From: the human T2T-CHM13v2.0 reference genome, Homo sapiens | Reading direction: 5' to 3' (one strand) | Assembly: GCF_009914755.1 (NCBI RefSeq) | Contig: NC_060930.1 | DNA: 64,000 bases | Shown here: positions 1 through 17,800 of the stretch, in pieces | How positions within the stretch are numbered: the stretch's first letter is position 1 | How the letters are laid out: every line of letters begins with the position of its first letter | Notes under the pieces: model-generated | The model's input: only the letters and a program-made list of their open reading frames with translations | Database searches by the model: none | What the model was told of the DNA's origin: nothing | Position numbers and translations under genes: made by a program

Positions 1-1542
1 AAATGCTTTTTCTGCATCAACTGAGATAATTGTGTTTGTTTTTCCTTCATTTTGTTGTTGTTGTGTATTATACTGATCCATTTTTTTTTAGTGTTGAACC
101 ATCGCATTCCAGGAATAAATCCCACCTGGTTATCATGTCTAGTCCTTTTAATATGCTGCTGAATTCAGCTTGCTAGTAGTTTTTGAGGATTTTTTTGCAT
201 CCATATTTGTAAATATATTAGCCTGTAGTTTTATTTTCTTGTATTATCATTGTTGGGCTTTGTTTAGCTTATCAGGGTAATGCCAACCTCAAAGAATGAG
301 TTAGAAAGTGTTCCCTCAACTTCAATTTTTTTGAAACGTTTGAGAAGGACTAGTATTAGTTCTTTTTCAAATGTTTGGTAGAATTCACCAGTCAGGTCTT
401 CAGGTCCTGGGATTTCCTTTATTGGAATATTTTGATTACTGATTCAATGACCTCTCTAATTACAAGTCTATTCAGATTTTCTGTTTATTTGTAATTTAGT
501 CTTGGTATGTTTTGTGTTTTTAAGAATTTGTTCATTTCATTTAAGTTATTGAATTTGTTGGCATACACTTATTTATAGTATTATCTTGTAATACTTTCTA
601 TTTTTGTAGATTTGGTAATAATGTCTCTTCTTTCATTTATGATTTTAGTAATGTGACTCTTCTTTCTTTCTCTGGTCCATCTAGCTTAAGGTTTGTCATT
701 TTTGTTGATCTTTTCAAAGAACCAACTTTTGGTTTTATTGATTTTTCTCTATTTTTTTCTATTCTCTATTTAATTTATCTTTTCTGTAATCTTTGTTATT
801 TCCTTCTCTCTGCTAGCTTTGGATTTAGTTTGTTCTTCTTTTTCTGGTTCTTTAAGTTGTGAAGTTAGGTTGTTGATTTGAGGTCTTTTTAGACATGTAA
901 TCATTTAGAACTATAAATGTCTCCCTTATCACTGCTTTCTCTGAATCTCGTAAGTTTTGGCATGTTGTATCTTTGTTTTCATTAATATATAAGTGTTTTC
1001 TAATTTGCGTTTTGATTTCTTCCTTCATCTATTTGTTGTTTAAGACTGTATTGTTTAATTTCCTCACACTTGTAAAATTTCCGGTTTTACTTGTGTTACT
1101 GATTTCTAATTTCATCCCATTGTGATTAGAGGAGTTTTTTTATATTATCTATCTTTTTGAATCTATTAAGAGTCAATTTGTGGCCTAACCTGGAAAATGT
1201 CCCATGTGCACTTGAGAAGAAAATTTATGCTATTGTTGTTTGGAAGAATGTTTTGTATATGTCTGTTAGATGTAGTTGGTTTATTGTGTTATGTCCTCTG
1301 TTTACTTGCTTATATTCCATCTGGTTGTTCTATCCATTATTATGAGTAGAATATTAAAGTCTCCAATTATTATCATAGAACTATTTCTCTCTTCAATTCT
1401 ATCAGTTTTTGTTTCAGATATTTGGATGGTTTGTCAGTAGATGCATAATTATTACATCTTCTTGCTGTATCAAAACTTTTATTAATATATAATATCCTTC
1501 TTTGCCTCTTGTAATCTTTTTTGATTTAAAGTCTATTTTGTG
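1..1542 (-). mobile_element. Old LINE-1 (L1M-type) ORF2 remnant, left part (interrupted by the L1PA6 insertion)
   Basis: T-rich antisense L1 ORF2 sequence. The tail of minus ORF 1414..1698 (KIDFKSKKITRGKEGYYILIK) is L1 endonuclease-like. The element resumes at 7552. Confidence 0.9.
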
Positions 1543-2584
1543 AAGTGGGTAGGGGTGCATTCCAAGATGGCCAAATAGGAACAGCTCTGGTCTGCAGCTC
1601 CCAGTGTGATGGATGCAGAAGACGGGTGATTTCTGCATTTCCAACTGAGGTGCCTGGTTCGTCTCATTGGGACTGGTTGGACAGTGGCTGCAGCCCACAG
1701 AGGGTGAGCTGAAGCAGGGCGGGGTGTTGCCTCACCCAGAAAGCACAAAGGGTCAGTGGATTTCCCTTTCCTAGCCAAGGGAAGCCGTGACAGACTACCT
1801 GGAAAAACGGGACACTCCCGCCCAAATACTGTGCTTTTCCCAAGTTCTTAGCAACGGCAGACCAGGAGATACCCAGCCCGTGCCTGGCTCGGTGGGTCCC
1901 ATGCCCACAGAGCCTTGCTCACTGCTGGTGCAGCAGTCTGAGATTGATCTGCAAGATGGCAGCCTGGCTGGCGGTGGGGTGTCCACCATTGCAGAGGCTT
2001 GAGTAGGTAAACAAAGTGGCCGGGAAGCTCAAACATGGAACCCACCACAGCTCAACAAGGCCTACTGCCTCTAGACTCCACCTCTGTGGGCAGGGCATAG
2101 CTGAACAAAAGGCAGCAGACAACTTCTACAGACTTAGATGTCCCTGTCTGACAGCTCTGAAAAGAGCAGTGGTTCTCCCACCATGGTGTTTGAGCTCTGA
2201 GAATGGACAGACTGCCTCCTCAAGTGGGTCCCTGACCCTCTTGTATCCTAACTGGGAGACTTCTCCCAGTAAGGGCCGACAGAAACCTGATATAGGTGGC
2301 TGCCCCTCTGAGACGAAGCTTCCAGAGGAAGGATCAGGCAGCAATATTTGCTGTTCTGCAATATGTGCTGTTCTGCAGCCTCTGCTGGTGATACCCAGGC
2401 AAACAGGGTCTGGAGTGGACCTCCAGCAAACTCCAACAGACCTGCAGCTGAGGGACCTGATTATCAGAAGGAAAACTAACAAACAGAAAGGAATAGAATC
2501 AACATAAACAAAAAGGTTGTCTACACCAAAACCCCATCTGTAGGTCACCAACATCAAAGACCAAAGGTAGATAAAACCAAAAAG

Positions 2585-3610
2585 ATGGGGAGGAACCAGA
2601 GCAGAAAATCTGAAAATTCTAAAAATCAGAGCACCTCTTCTCCTCCAAAGGATCACAGCTCCTCGCCAGCAATGGAACAAAGCTGTATGGAGAATGACTT
2701 TGAAAAGTTGACAGAAGTAGGCTTCAGAAGGTTGATAATAACAAACTTCTCCGAGCTAAAGGAGGATGTTTGAACCCATTGCAAGGAAGCTAAAAACCTT
2801 GAGAAAAGATTAGATGAATGGCTAACGAGAATAAACAGTGTAGAGAAGACCTTAAATGACCTGATGGAGCTGAAAACCATGACACGAGAACTTTGTGACA
2901 CATGCAAAAGCTTCAATAGCCAATTCGATCAAGTGGAAGAAAGGGTATCAGTGATTGAAGACCAAATAAATGAAATAAAGTGAGAAGACAAGGTTAGAGA
3001 AAAGAGAGTAAAAAGAAATGAACAAAACCTCCAAGAAATATGGGACTATGTGAAAAGACCAAATATACATTTGATTGGTGTACCTGAAAGTGATGGGGAG
3101 AATGGAACCAAGCTGGAAAACACGCAGCAGGATATTATCTGGGAGAACTTCCCCAATCTAGCAAGGCAGGCCAACATTCAAATTCAGGAAATACAGAGAA
3201 CACCACAAAAATACTCCTCAAGAAGAGCAACCCCAAGACACATAATTTTCAGATTCACCAAGGTTGAAATGAAGGAAAAAGTGTTAAGGGAAGCCAGAGA
3301 GAAAGGTCGGGTTACCCACAAAGGGAAGCCCATCAGACTAACAGCAGATCTCTCAGCAGAAACTCTACAGGCCAGAAGAGAGTGGGGGCCAATATTCAAC
3401 ATTCTTAAAGAAAAGAATTTTCAACCCAGAATTTCATATCCAGCCAAACTAAGCTTCATAAGGGAAGGAGAAATAAAATCCTTTACAGACAAGCAAATGC
3501 TGACAGATTTTGACACCACCAGGCCTGCCTTACAAGAGCTCCTGAAGGAAGCACTAAACATGGAAAGGAACAACCAGTACCAGCCACAGCAAAAAGAGGC
3601 CAAATTGTAA
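2585..3610 (+). pseudogene. L1 ORF1p (RNA-binding/chaperone), disrupted
   Basis: MGRNQSRK... through ...RISYPAKLSF...ALNMERNN. In-frame TGA stops at 2771 and 2981 are consistent with CGA>TGA decay. Confidence 0.93.
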
Positions 3611-3671
3611 AGACCATTGATACTATGAAGAAACTGCATCAATTTACGGGCAATAACCAGTGAACATCACA

Positions 3672-7335
<3,664 letters not shown>

Positions 7336-7551
7336 ACAAGGAGATCACTTGGACACAGGGTGGGGAACATCACACACCAGGGCCTGTTGTGGGGTGGGTG
7401 TTGGGGGGAGGGATAGCATTAGGAGAAATACCTAATATAAATGATGAGTTGATGGGTGCAGCAAACAAACATGTCACAGGTATACATATATATCAAACCT
7501 GCACGTAGTGCACATGTACCCTAGGACTTAAAGTATAATAATAATAATAAA

Positions 7552-9290
7552 AAAGCCTATTTGTGTATCAGTATAGCCACCACTGCTCTCTTTTAATTAC
7601 TATTTGCATAGAATATCTATTTTCATTCTTTCACTTTCAATCTATTTGTCTTTGGAGCTAAACTGAGTCTTGTAGATAGCATATAGTTGAGTCATGTGCT
7701 TTTATCCATTCTGCCAATCTCTGCCTTTTGATTAGAGAGTTTAAGCTATTTAACTCTCTAAACCTAAAGTGACAACTGAAAAGGGGAGGCTTTTTTGCTA
7801 TTCATTATCTAGCTTCTAAAAATTCCTGTTTCTGCATTACAGTTTTCTTTTGTGTTTAGTTGACTTTTTTTGGTAGTGAAATGTTTAAATTCCTTTCTCA
7901 TTTTTTTGTGTATATTCTATAGCTATTTTATTTGTGATTATCATGGAGATTACATTTATACCCTAAAGTTATAACACTAATTGGAATTTATATTAACTTA
8001 ACTTCCATAACATACAAAAACTGCTCTTTTATAGCACTACCCCCACCCCTTTTAGTTGTTGATGTTACAGAATTATATCTTTATACATTGTGTGCCCCAA
8101 AACATAAACTAATAATTAATTTAAATGCATTATTTTATTAAATTATGTGCCCCAAAACATAAACTAATAATTAATTTAAATGCATTATTTTATTAAATTA
8201 CATAGAAAACAAAATATTTTACAGACCATTGCTACAATAATATTAGCTTTTATAATTGCCCAAGTATTTATCTTTATTCAATCTTTATTTTTTTATATAG
8301 CTTTGGTTACTTTTAGTTACTGTATAGTAACCTTTTTCAGGGAATGTCTAGGGTAATAAACTCCTTCAGCTTTTCCTTATATGGGAATGTATTAATCTCT
8401 CCCTCACTTTTGAAGGATAGTTTTGCCAGGTGTAGGATTCCTTGTTGACAGTAAATTTCTTTTAGTATTTTGAATATATTGGCTCACTGTCTTCTGGCTT
8501 CCAAAGTTTCTAATGAGAAATTTTCTGCTTATTTTATTGAGGATCCCTGGTATGTGATGAGTTACTTCTCTTTTGTTCTTTTCAGCATTTATTTTCTCTT
8601 TCTCTTTGCCTTTAAAAAGCTTGATTACAATGTGTATTGGTATTTGTTTTTTTTTTTGGTTCATTTTACTTGGAGTTTATTGATCTTCTGGGATGTTCAT
8701 ATTCATGACTTTCATCAAACTTGGGACATTTTCAGCTATTATTCCTTCAAATAATCTTGCTGCCCCATTTTTTTCTCCTTCTGAAACTCCCACAGTGTGT
8801 ATGTTTTTCTGCTTACTGGCATCTCACAGGTCCCTTAAGCTCCATTCAGTTTTCACCCATAGTTTTTTCTTTCTGTTTCTCAGACTTGATAACTTCCTTT
8901 GTCCAACCTTCAAGTTCATGGATTCTTTCTTCTGCTCATTCAAATCTGCCTTTGAATCTCTATGGTAAATTTTTAATTTTAGTTATTGTACTTTTCAATT
9001 CCAGATATTTTTGGTTTCTTTTTAGCTTTTCTATTTCTTCGTGGTTATTTCCATTTTGTTCATTTATTATTTTCTTGACTTTCTCCGTATCTTCCTTTAG
9101 TTCTCTGAGTATCTTTAAGATAGTTGTTTAGTTATTTTAAAGTCTTTGTCTAGGAGATCTTTCATTAGGTCTTTAAAAGATACTTTATATTGACTTGTTA
9201 TTTTCCTTTAAATGGGCCATACTTTTCTGCTTCTATGTATGTATTATGATTTTTTTGTTGAAAGCTAGACTTTTGAATCAATAAGTTGAC
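7552..9290 (-). mobile_element. Old L1M remnant, right part (ORF2 5' end, inter-ORF region, ORF1)
   Basis: Continues the 1-1542 element after the TSD. Minus ORF 8404..8664 is ORF1-like (PIHIVIKLFKGKEKEKI). The right boundary is approximate. Confidence 0.8.
8091..8200. repeat. Perfect 55-bp tandem duplication
   Basis: tgtgccccaaaacataaactaataattaatttaaatgcattattttattaaatta at 8091-8145 and 8146-8200. Confidence 0.97.
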
Positions 9291-9564
9291 TTTCTCTGCC
9301 TTGTATCTCTGGTTGGCCCTAGGTTGAAGATAATTTCCTGACAATCAGCTCTCGTACACCTGCATCACTAAGGAGGGATGTCTCCAGTTTTCTATTCTGC
9401 CACCAAGCTTTCTTATCAGCACCCGGTAGAGGTCTATGAAAAAATCTTATTAATAAATGCAACCTCTCTCCCTCCCACCCTGGTCTGGACCTCCTAGCTA
9501 TGCCACACTGTCATGCTAATCCATACTTACTTGGACTTTATGAATTAAGATTTTAGCTAAATTC

Positions 9565-9860
<296 letters not shown>

Positions 9861-10128
9861 TTTGCTGAATTCTTACCGATTTATGTGGCAGTTCTCTCCT
9901 ATGCTCTGCCAAAGGTAAAATCGTTCATGTGTTCTGTTTCTCTTTGTTGGGGTTTGTTCTTCTTTGGAATTCAGTTTGCTTTAATTGCAACCTCTGATCT
10001 CTTGTTGGGATAAACAAAAGTTATGTTTTTGTAGATTATCAATTTTTTCCACACTGTTAGTGTAGAAGTGACCTTATCTTGTGTTTCTGTAGTCTAAGCA
10101 ATAGTGAAACTCTCCAGCATTTACTTCT

Positions 10129-10424
<296 letters not shown>

Positions 10425-10569
10425 TCCAGCATTTACTTCTAATGCTTCACTCATTCAGGAAATATGATTGAATTTATATTGCTAAGGCAGCAACTGGGGT
10501 TAAATGGTGAATAAGAAGTGAATATGATTTGGAGAAAAAATTGACAGGAATTAATGTTAATTGAGGTGA

Positions 10570-11270
10570 AAGGATGAAGACAGACGAGAGACCAAGAAAG
10601 GTGAGAGATGAGAAAGTGGGACGGGGGGCGGGGTGGCTCCCAGGGAGGTCAGTGAACAGTAAGAAAGCTGTAGGCCAACTGATTGGTCTGCATGTGGCAG
10701 AAGAGTTGTAAAGAGGAGAGCTGTAACAAAATGAGCTGGGAATGACTGGCTGTAGGCCAAGGGAGTAGTATTTGTATTAAGATTTTTTGAAGTGCACAGT
10801 TTCTGTTAATGACAATGTCTGGTGTACAGCCATTAGAGTGGGTGGCTGTAGTATTGAGGAAAAAAAGATCACTAGGATGAGGAAGATAAGAAAGTTAGAG
10901 GCCAGAATATTTATGGTTTACCCAAGTGGGTGTTGAAATCACCACTGATGATATCAGAAAGAGGATAAGGGAAGAAGACTGTAAGCCATGAGTTAACATT
11001 TTTTTCTGAACAAAAGAGTTGAATGGAAGGTTGATAGGGGCAGAGCTGAATGCTTTGGGTGTCAAAGAACAAGAAGTTTGCAAGGGCAGGGAAGGAATGG
11101 CCTAGCAGTGACATTTAGGAACAATAATACTTCTTTTTTTTTCTGTTAGTGAGGTATGTAGAGCTTTGGAGAAAATAACTGCACTCTTGGGAGGGCTACA
11201 GGAGAGGCAGTGTTCTCAGAAGCAGTTGTCAGCTTTCAGTTAGGGCAAAGAGGTAAAAGGAGACATTTTG
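10570..11270 (-). mobile_element. L2 LINE remnant, endonuclease region
   Basis: Minus ORF 10911..11114 ends ...SDIISGDFNTHLG, an APE-endonuclease GDFN motif. The purine-rich + strand is typical of antisense L2. Confidence 0.65.
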
Positions 11271-11687
11271 AAAATGATTTGGCATTCAGGGCAACCTGTT
11301 TTTGTTGTTGTTATAGATGAGCATATTGTTCTTATGAAAAGTGGGCATTCATAACATTTTAAGTGTTACAGGCATGTTCCTTCCATGGATTAAAATAGTA
11401 ACCAGAACTCTCTATTTGTATCTCTGATGTCTTGGTAGTCTGGCTTAGGGGAGTCAGGTGGGAGACAGAGAGCCAGTCCTGGACACAGTTCCCTGTTTCT
11501 CCTGAAGCAACGACATTTTGTGCAGGCGCCATTGTGAGCGTTTCTGTACTAAGCCTTGGGCTCATGGCCACCTGATGGCAAGACAAGCCTCCAACAGCAT
11601 GGCGGTGACATGGGCTCCAGGTTTTATTGCGGCTGCAACAACCAGGTTGCTAATTAGGCCCAATTGTGAGAGTAGTTTTTGTGCTTC

Positions 11688-11733
<46 letters not shown>

Positions 11734-11900
11734 CCACAGGTCACGGAACAGCTGTCAGATGGTATAATTTGGTCGAGTTCATTTGGAGCTGTTTGCAGAA
11801 GCTCTCTGAAGCATTATGCTCTACATAATGTGCATGATTAATGCTTGTTTATTTGGATAATCCTGTGTTGTAACTAAAGTGGTGGCCTATTTTATGCCAG

Positions 11901-12089
11901 TTATAATATACCATTCCATTCATGAGATGGAGTTCCATTGAGGGTATGAAGTAGAGCAATAATGTTCAATCTATTTACTGGGGAAGCAACTCATTGCAGC
12001 CATTCTGCAAGCTGCTTGCTCCATTCGAGTGATGATTCTGTGCTTAACTGTTCTGAGGAAGGGATCTGGGCTCATTTCCATTCTGAAGG
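11901..12089 (+). pseudogene. Candidate decayed exon (phase 1-1, 189 bp, 2 stops)
   Basis: ttttatgccAG acceptor and G|GTAGGT donor. Frame reads ...IYLLGKQLIAAILQAACSIRVMILCLTVLRKGSGLISILK. Confidence 0.35.
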
Positions 12090-12359
12090 GTAGGTGGGGG
12101 AAATGAATTTGAAAACAGTCGTCATTTTGACAGCAGGGATGTTTTACTCCAACTGCCTCTTCTAGGAGGAAGAATGCGGCATGTTATCTGTCCCTAGAGA
12201 AAAGCCTTGCTGACTTGTCAATCTTCAATCTTATTGCTAGCCAAGTGCATTTTGTTTGCAGTGTTGGAAACCTTGCCTTGTATGTCCCAGATGCTGTCCT
12301 ACCACCTCTCCTTTTCTGTCACAAACACACAAAGGCTATTTTTTGCAAACAAGAAAGAG

Positions 12360-12520
12360 CTCTGAACTAGAAATTCTGATTCAAGTTTTGCCTCTGTCTC
12401 TAATTGAGTATGACCTTGGACAGATCACCTAGGTTCTTTATTGTGTGTTTTGCAAAATGGTGGAGCTGCTTAGGTCCTCTCTTGGGTCCCTTCAGCTGCA
12501 TTACCCCATGGTTCTGTGAC
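12360..12520 (+). mobile_element. MIR/MIR3 fragment
   Basis: MIR core (tgaccttggacagatcac...) and a 3' end ...tcccttcagc...ttctgtga. Confidence 0.7.
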
Positions 12521-12879
12521 TATATTTAGTTAGTATTAAATATACATGGCAGCAACTTCCTGAAAGTTGTTGCTTATTTATTGTCGTGTCCCCAGGTGCT
12601 TGCTGATTTAGAGGGAGACAAGTGTATTTGTGATATTTGTAGATATTTTGTTTATCCTAAACACGTTAGGCAAAAGTATGTTTTTTGTCTATTTTGTTTT
12701 CAATGTTTGTGCCTCTTCTTTCTTATGAGTAATCTTTCTCTTTTACTTTTCTGCCTTCTTCTCTTCTCAGTAAAGTTGCTGATATCAGTTACTTAGAGCT
12801 TAGTGAGAATTCAAGTTAGTGCGTTTCTTCTCCTGGTGTTATATATTTACATGTATAAATGTTACACATATTACCTCTG

Positions 12880-13410
12880 TAATTTATTGAATGCTGACCA
12901 TATGCCTAATCACTGTGCTAGTCACTTCCATTTGTTACCTGATTTAATTGGCATAGCAATCTTGAGAAGGAGGCACTATTATCTTCATTTTATACCTTTA
13001 TTTATTTATCTACTTTTTCTTTTTTGAGACAAAATCTTACTCTTTCACCCAGGATGGAGTGCAGTGGTGTGATCTGAGTTCACTACAACCTTCACTTCCC
13101 TGGCTCAAGCAACCCTCCCTCTTTGGCCTCCCAAGTAGCTGGGACTACAGGCACATGCTACTGTGCCTGGCTAATTATTATTATTATTTTTATTATTTAT
13201 TTTTCATAGAGACCAGGTTTTGTCATGTTGCCCAGGCTGGTCTCAAACTCCTGCGCTCAAGCAGGACCTCCCATCTCGACCTCCCAAAGTGCTGGGATTA
13301 TAGGCATGAGCCACCATGCCTGGCCATTTTATACATTTAGAAGAATTTAAAGCTTAGGTAGTGTAATTAGAACCCAACTCTGCCTGATTCCACATTTCCT
13401 ATTCTTGATC
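12880..13410 (-). mobile_element. MIR (antisense) interrupted by an AluJ at about 13000-13325
   Basis: aatttattgaatgct...cactgtgctag...attatcttcattttatac, then the AluJ with TSD attttatac(c/a)ttta, then the MIR resumes. Confidence 0.8.
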
Positions 13411-13836
13411 TCCACAGTAATGCTGATGGTTTTCATTGTTAAGGGGCTTTCAGACTGTGGCCTGCAGTTTTGGTGGGGTCTGTGGAACTCTGGACATCAG
13501 CTTTATTAACCACTGTCTTCCAAATACTTTTGACTTATGAATCTCTTTCACAGTCACTTATAAACTGGCAAATCTCCTTAAAATTAAAAAAATTTTTTTT
13601 TGTTGTTTTTGCATGGATATTCCACAGAAATGGTTTTAAGCAGAATGTTTTTATTTAGAAGAGTATATTTTTAAAATTTGGATTACAAAATTCATCTAAG
13701 ATTCAACTCAAATGGCTTCATATTATAAAGACAAATTTTGACGTTTTAAAATATGTATGTACATGTGGATAACTTTATGTGACAAAAGATTATTTACTGG
13801 CAAACTAATAAATATAAAAAGTCTAACTTAATTTTA

Positions 13837-13923
13837 TTATTATTTTTTATTATTTTAACTTTTATTTTAGATTCAGGGGTACATGTGCAGGTTTGTTATA
13901 TAGGTACATTGTGTGTCATGGGG
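13837..13923 (-). mobile_element. Extremely 5'-truncated L1PA (older primate subfamily) 3' end
   Basis: ttttattttagattcaggggtacatgtgcaggtttgtt... flanked by a perfect 14-bp TSD ctaacttaatttta (13823-13836, 13924-13937). Confidence 0.85.
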
Positions 13924-14585
13924 CTAACTTAATTTTAAAGCATCAAATACATAAAACTACTTTTATGACTTTTTTTTTGTATTTTGTATTTAAAATAATT
14001 TAATTTACTTCACCTAATAAGAAAGAATACTTTTGGTTGCTTTCTATAAGCTTTCAAATCTAAAGAGCACCTTTATAGTGTGGTCAGCCTTTATTTATAG
14101 TTCGGTCAGCCTTTATTTCTTACAAGTTCAAAAACAAATTAGTAAGTACAATATTTTATCCTTTTGATTTTTTTTAAGTTTTAGAGACACCTTAATGTGC
14201 TATTTGAGAATTATAAGCAGATGGTTGCAACTTATTGATTAGGTAAAAAAATCTTCATAGAATTCACTGAAATATTTTTATTACTATGCTCCTCATATTA
14301 ATTTGCTGTATATAATGGTAGTGTCCCTTATAATTTTTTTAATTTTTAATTTTTGTGGGTATATAGTAGGTGTATATGTTTATGAGGTATATTAGATGTT
14401 TTGATACAGGCATGCAACGTATAATAATCATATGGAGAATGGGGTATCCATCCCTTCAAGCATTTATCCTTTGTGTTACAAAGAGTCCTATTATACTCTT
14501 TTAGTTATTTTAAAATCTAAAATTAAATTATCACTGACTATATTCACCCTGTTGTACTATCAAAGAGTAGGTCTCATTCATTCGT

Positions 14586-14888
14586 TGTTTTTTTGTTTTT
14601 TTTTTTTTTTTTAGTTTTGCTCTTGTCACCCAGGCTGGAGTGCAATGGCACCATATCGGCTCACCACAACCTCTGCCTCCTGGGTTCAAGTGATTCTCCT
14701 GCCTCAGCCTCCTGAGTAGCTGGGATTATAGGTGCATGCCACTACACCCAGCTAATTTTTGTATTTTTAGTAGAGACGGGCTTTCACCATGTTGGCCAGG
14801 CTGGTCTTGAACTGTTGATCTCAGGTGATCTGCCCGCCTTGGCCTCCCAAAGTGCTGGAATTACAGGCATAAGCCACCGTGCCAAGCC
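14586..14888 (-). mobile_element. AluS nested in the L1MA
   Basis: Two-arm Alu with degenerate TSD gtctcattcattc / gtcttactcattc. Confidence 0.93.
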
Positions 14889-17800
14889 AGTCTTACTCAT
14901 TCTTTCTTTTTTCTTTTTTACCCATTAACTATCACTTGCTCCCACCTACCCCCTCACTGCATTTCCAGTCCCTGGTAATCACCCTTCTACTGTCTCCTTA
15001 AGTTCAATTGTTTTGATTCTTAGAGCCCACAAATAAGTGAGAAAATGTGATGTTTGTCTTTTTGTGCCTGGCTTATTTCACTTAACATAATGATCTCCAG
15101 TTCCATCCATGTTGTTGCAAAGGACAGGAGTACTATTGTGTATTGTGAGTACTATTGCAAAGGACAGGAGTACTCCATTGTGTATATGTACCACATTTTC
15201 TTTGTTCATTCGTCTGTTGATGGAAACGGATTGTTTCCAAATTTTGGCTGTTGTGAACAGTGTGGCAACAAACATAGGAGTGCAGATATCTCTTCAATAT
15301 ACTGATTTTTTTTCTTTTTGTTATATAGCCTGCAGTGGGATTGCTGGATCATATGATAGCTCAATTTTTAGTTTTTTAAGGAACCTCCAAACTGTTCTCC
15401 ATAGTGGTTGTACTAAATTGCATTCCCACCAACAGTGTGCAAGAATTCTCCTTTCTCCACATCCTGGCTAGCACTTGGTGTTGCCTATCTTTTGGATATA
15501 AGCCATTTTAACTGGGATGAGTTGATATCTCATTGTAATTTTGACTTACATTTCTCTAATGATCAATGATATTGAGCACTTTTTCATATGCCTGTTTTCC
15601 ATTTGTATGTCTTCTTTTGAGAAATGACTATTCAAATCTTTTCCCCAGTTTTGATTGGATTATTAGATTTTTTTTCTTATAGAATTGTTTGAGCTCCTTA
15701 TATATTCTTGTTATTAATCACTTGTCAGATGGGTAGTTTGCAAATATTTTCTCCCATTCCATGGGTTGTCTCTTCACCTTGTTGATTGTTTCCTTTGCTG
15801 TGCAGAAGGAAACCACTTTTTAACTTGATGTGATCCCATTTGTGCATTTTTGCTTTGGTTGCCTGTGCTTACAGGGTATTGCTCAAGAAAGTTTTGCTCA
15901 GGTCAATGTCCTAGAGATTTTCTCCAGTGTTTTCTTGTAGTAGTTTCATCGTTTAAGGTCTTTGATGTAAGTCTTTCTTCCATTTTGGTTTGATTTTTGT
16001 ATATGGTAAGAGATAGGAATCTAGTTTCATTCTTTTGCATGTGGATATCCAATTTTACCAGCACCATTTATTCAGGACATTGTCTTTTCCCCAGTGTGTG
16101 TTCTTGGCACCCTTGTCAAAAATGAGTTTGCTGTAGATGTGTGGATTTGTTTCTGGGCTCTCCATTCTGTGCCATTGGTCTATGTGTTTGTTTTTGTGCC
16201 AGTACCATACTGTTTTGGTTACTATAGCTCTGTAGTATAATTGAAGTCAGGTAATGTGATTCCTTCAGTTTTGTTCTTTTTGCTTAGGATAGCTCTGGGA
16301 CTTGTGTGGTTCCATGTACATTTTAGGATTGTTTTTTCTATTTCTGTGAAGAATATCATCGGTATTTTGATAGTGATTGCACTGCATTTGTAGATTACTT
16401 TGGGTAGTATGGACTTTTGATTTTTCAGTCCATGAACATGAAATATATTTTCATTTTTTTGTGTCCTCTTCAATTTCTTTCATCAATGTTTCATAGTTTT
16501 CTTCTTTTTTCATAGTTTTCATTATAGATATTTTTCACTTCTTTGGTTAATTCCTAGGTATTTAATTTTATTTGTGGCTATTGTAAATGAGATTTCTTAA
16601 AAATTTCTTTTTCAGATTGTTCACTGTTGGCATATAGAAATGCTACCAATTTTTGTATGTTGATTTTGTATCCTGCAACTTTACTGAATTTGTTAATCAG
16701 TTCTAATTGTTTTTTTGGTAGAGTCTTTAGGTTTTTCCAAATATAAGATCATTTCATCTGCAAACAAGGATAATTTGATTTCTTCTTTTCCAATTTGGAT
16801 GCTTTTTATTTTTTTCTCTTGTCTGATCTTTGCATTGGATGTAGAATAACAGTGATAAAAGTGGGCATCTTTTTCTTGTTCCTGATCTTAGAGAAAATGC
16901 TTTCAATTTTTCCCCATTCAGTATAATAGTAGCTGCAGGTCTGTTGAATATGGTGCTTATGTGGAGGTATGTTCCTATACCCAGTTTTTGAGGGGTTTTA
17001 TCATGTAGTGATGGTAAAATTTTCCATCTGATTTTTCAGCATCGAATGAAATAATCATATGATTTTTATTCATTCTTTTGATATGACATATTACATTGAC
17101 TGATTTGAATGTGTTGAACCATCTTTGCATCCCAGGGATAAATCCCGCTTGGTCATGATGAATGATCTTTTAAATGCATTGCTGAATTCTGTTTGCTAGT
17201 ATATTGTTGAGGATTTTTCATCAATATTCATCAGAGATATTGGCCTGTAGTTTTCTTTCTTTGATTTGTTCTTGTCTGGTTTTGGTATTGGGGTAATTCT
17301 GGCCTCATACAATTAGTTTGGAAGTATTCCCCCTTCTTCTATTTTTTGGAATAGTTTGAGTAGGACTGCCATTAGTTCTTCTTTAAATGTTTGGTAGAAA
17401 TCAACAGTGAAGCCATCAGGTCCTGGGCTTTTCTTTGCTGGGAGAGTTTTTATTAGTCCTTCAATCTTGTTACTTGTTATTGGTCTGTTCAGGTTTTGGA
17501 TTTCTTCATGGTTCAATTTAGTAGGTTGTATGTATCTAGGAATTTGTCCATGTCTCCTAGATTTTATAATTTATTGGCAAATACTGCTCACAGTAGCCAA
17601 TAATGATCCTTTGCGTTTCTGTGTTATCAGTCATAATGTCTCTTTTTTCATCTCAGATTTTATTTATTTGGATCTTCTCTTGTTTTTTCTCAGTCTGGCT
17701 AAAGGTTTGTCAATTTTGTTTAACTTTTCAAAAAAACAACTTTTTGTTTCATTGATCTTTTGTATTTTTTTTTTAAATTTCAACTTCATTTATTTCTGAT

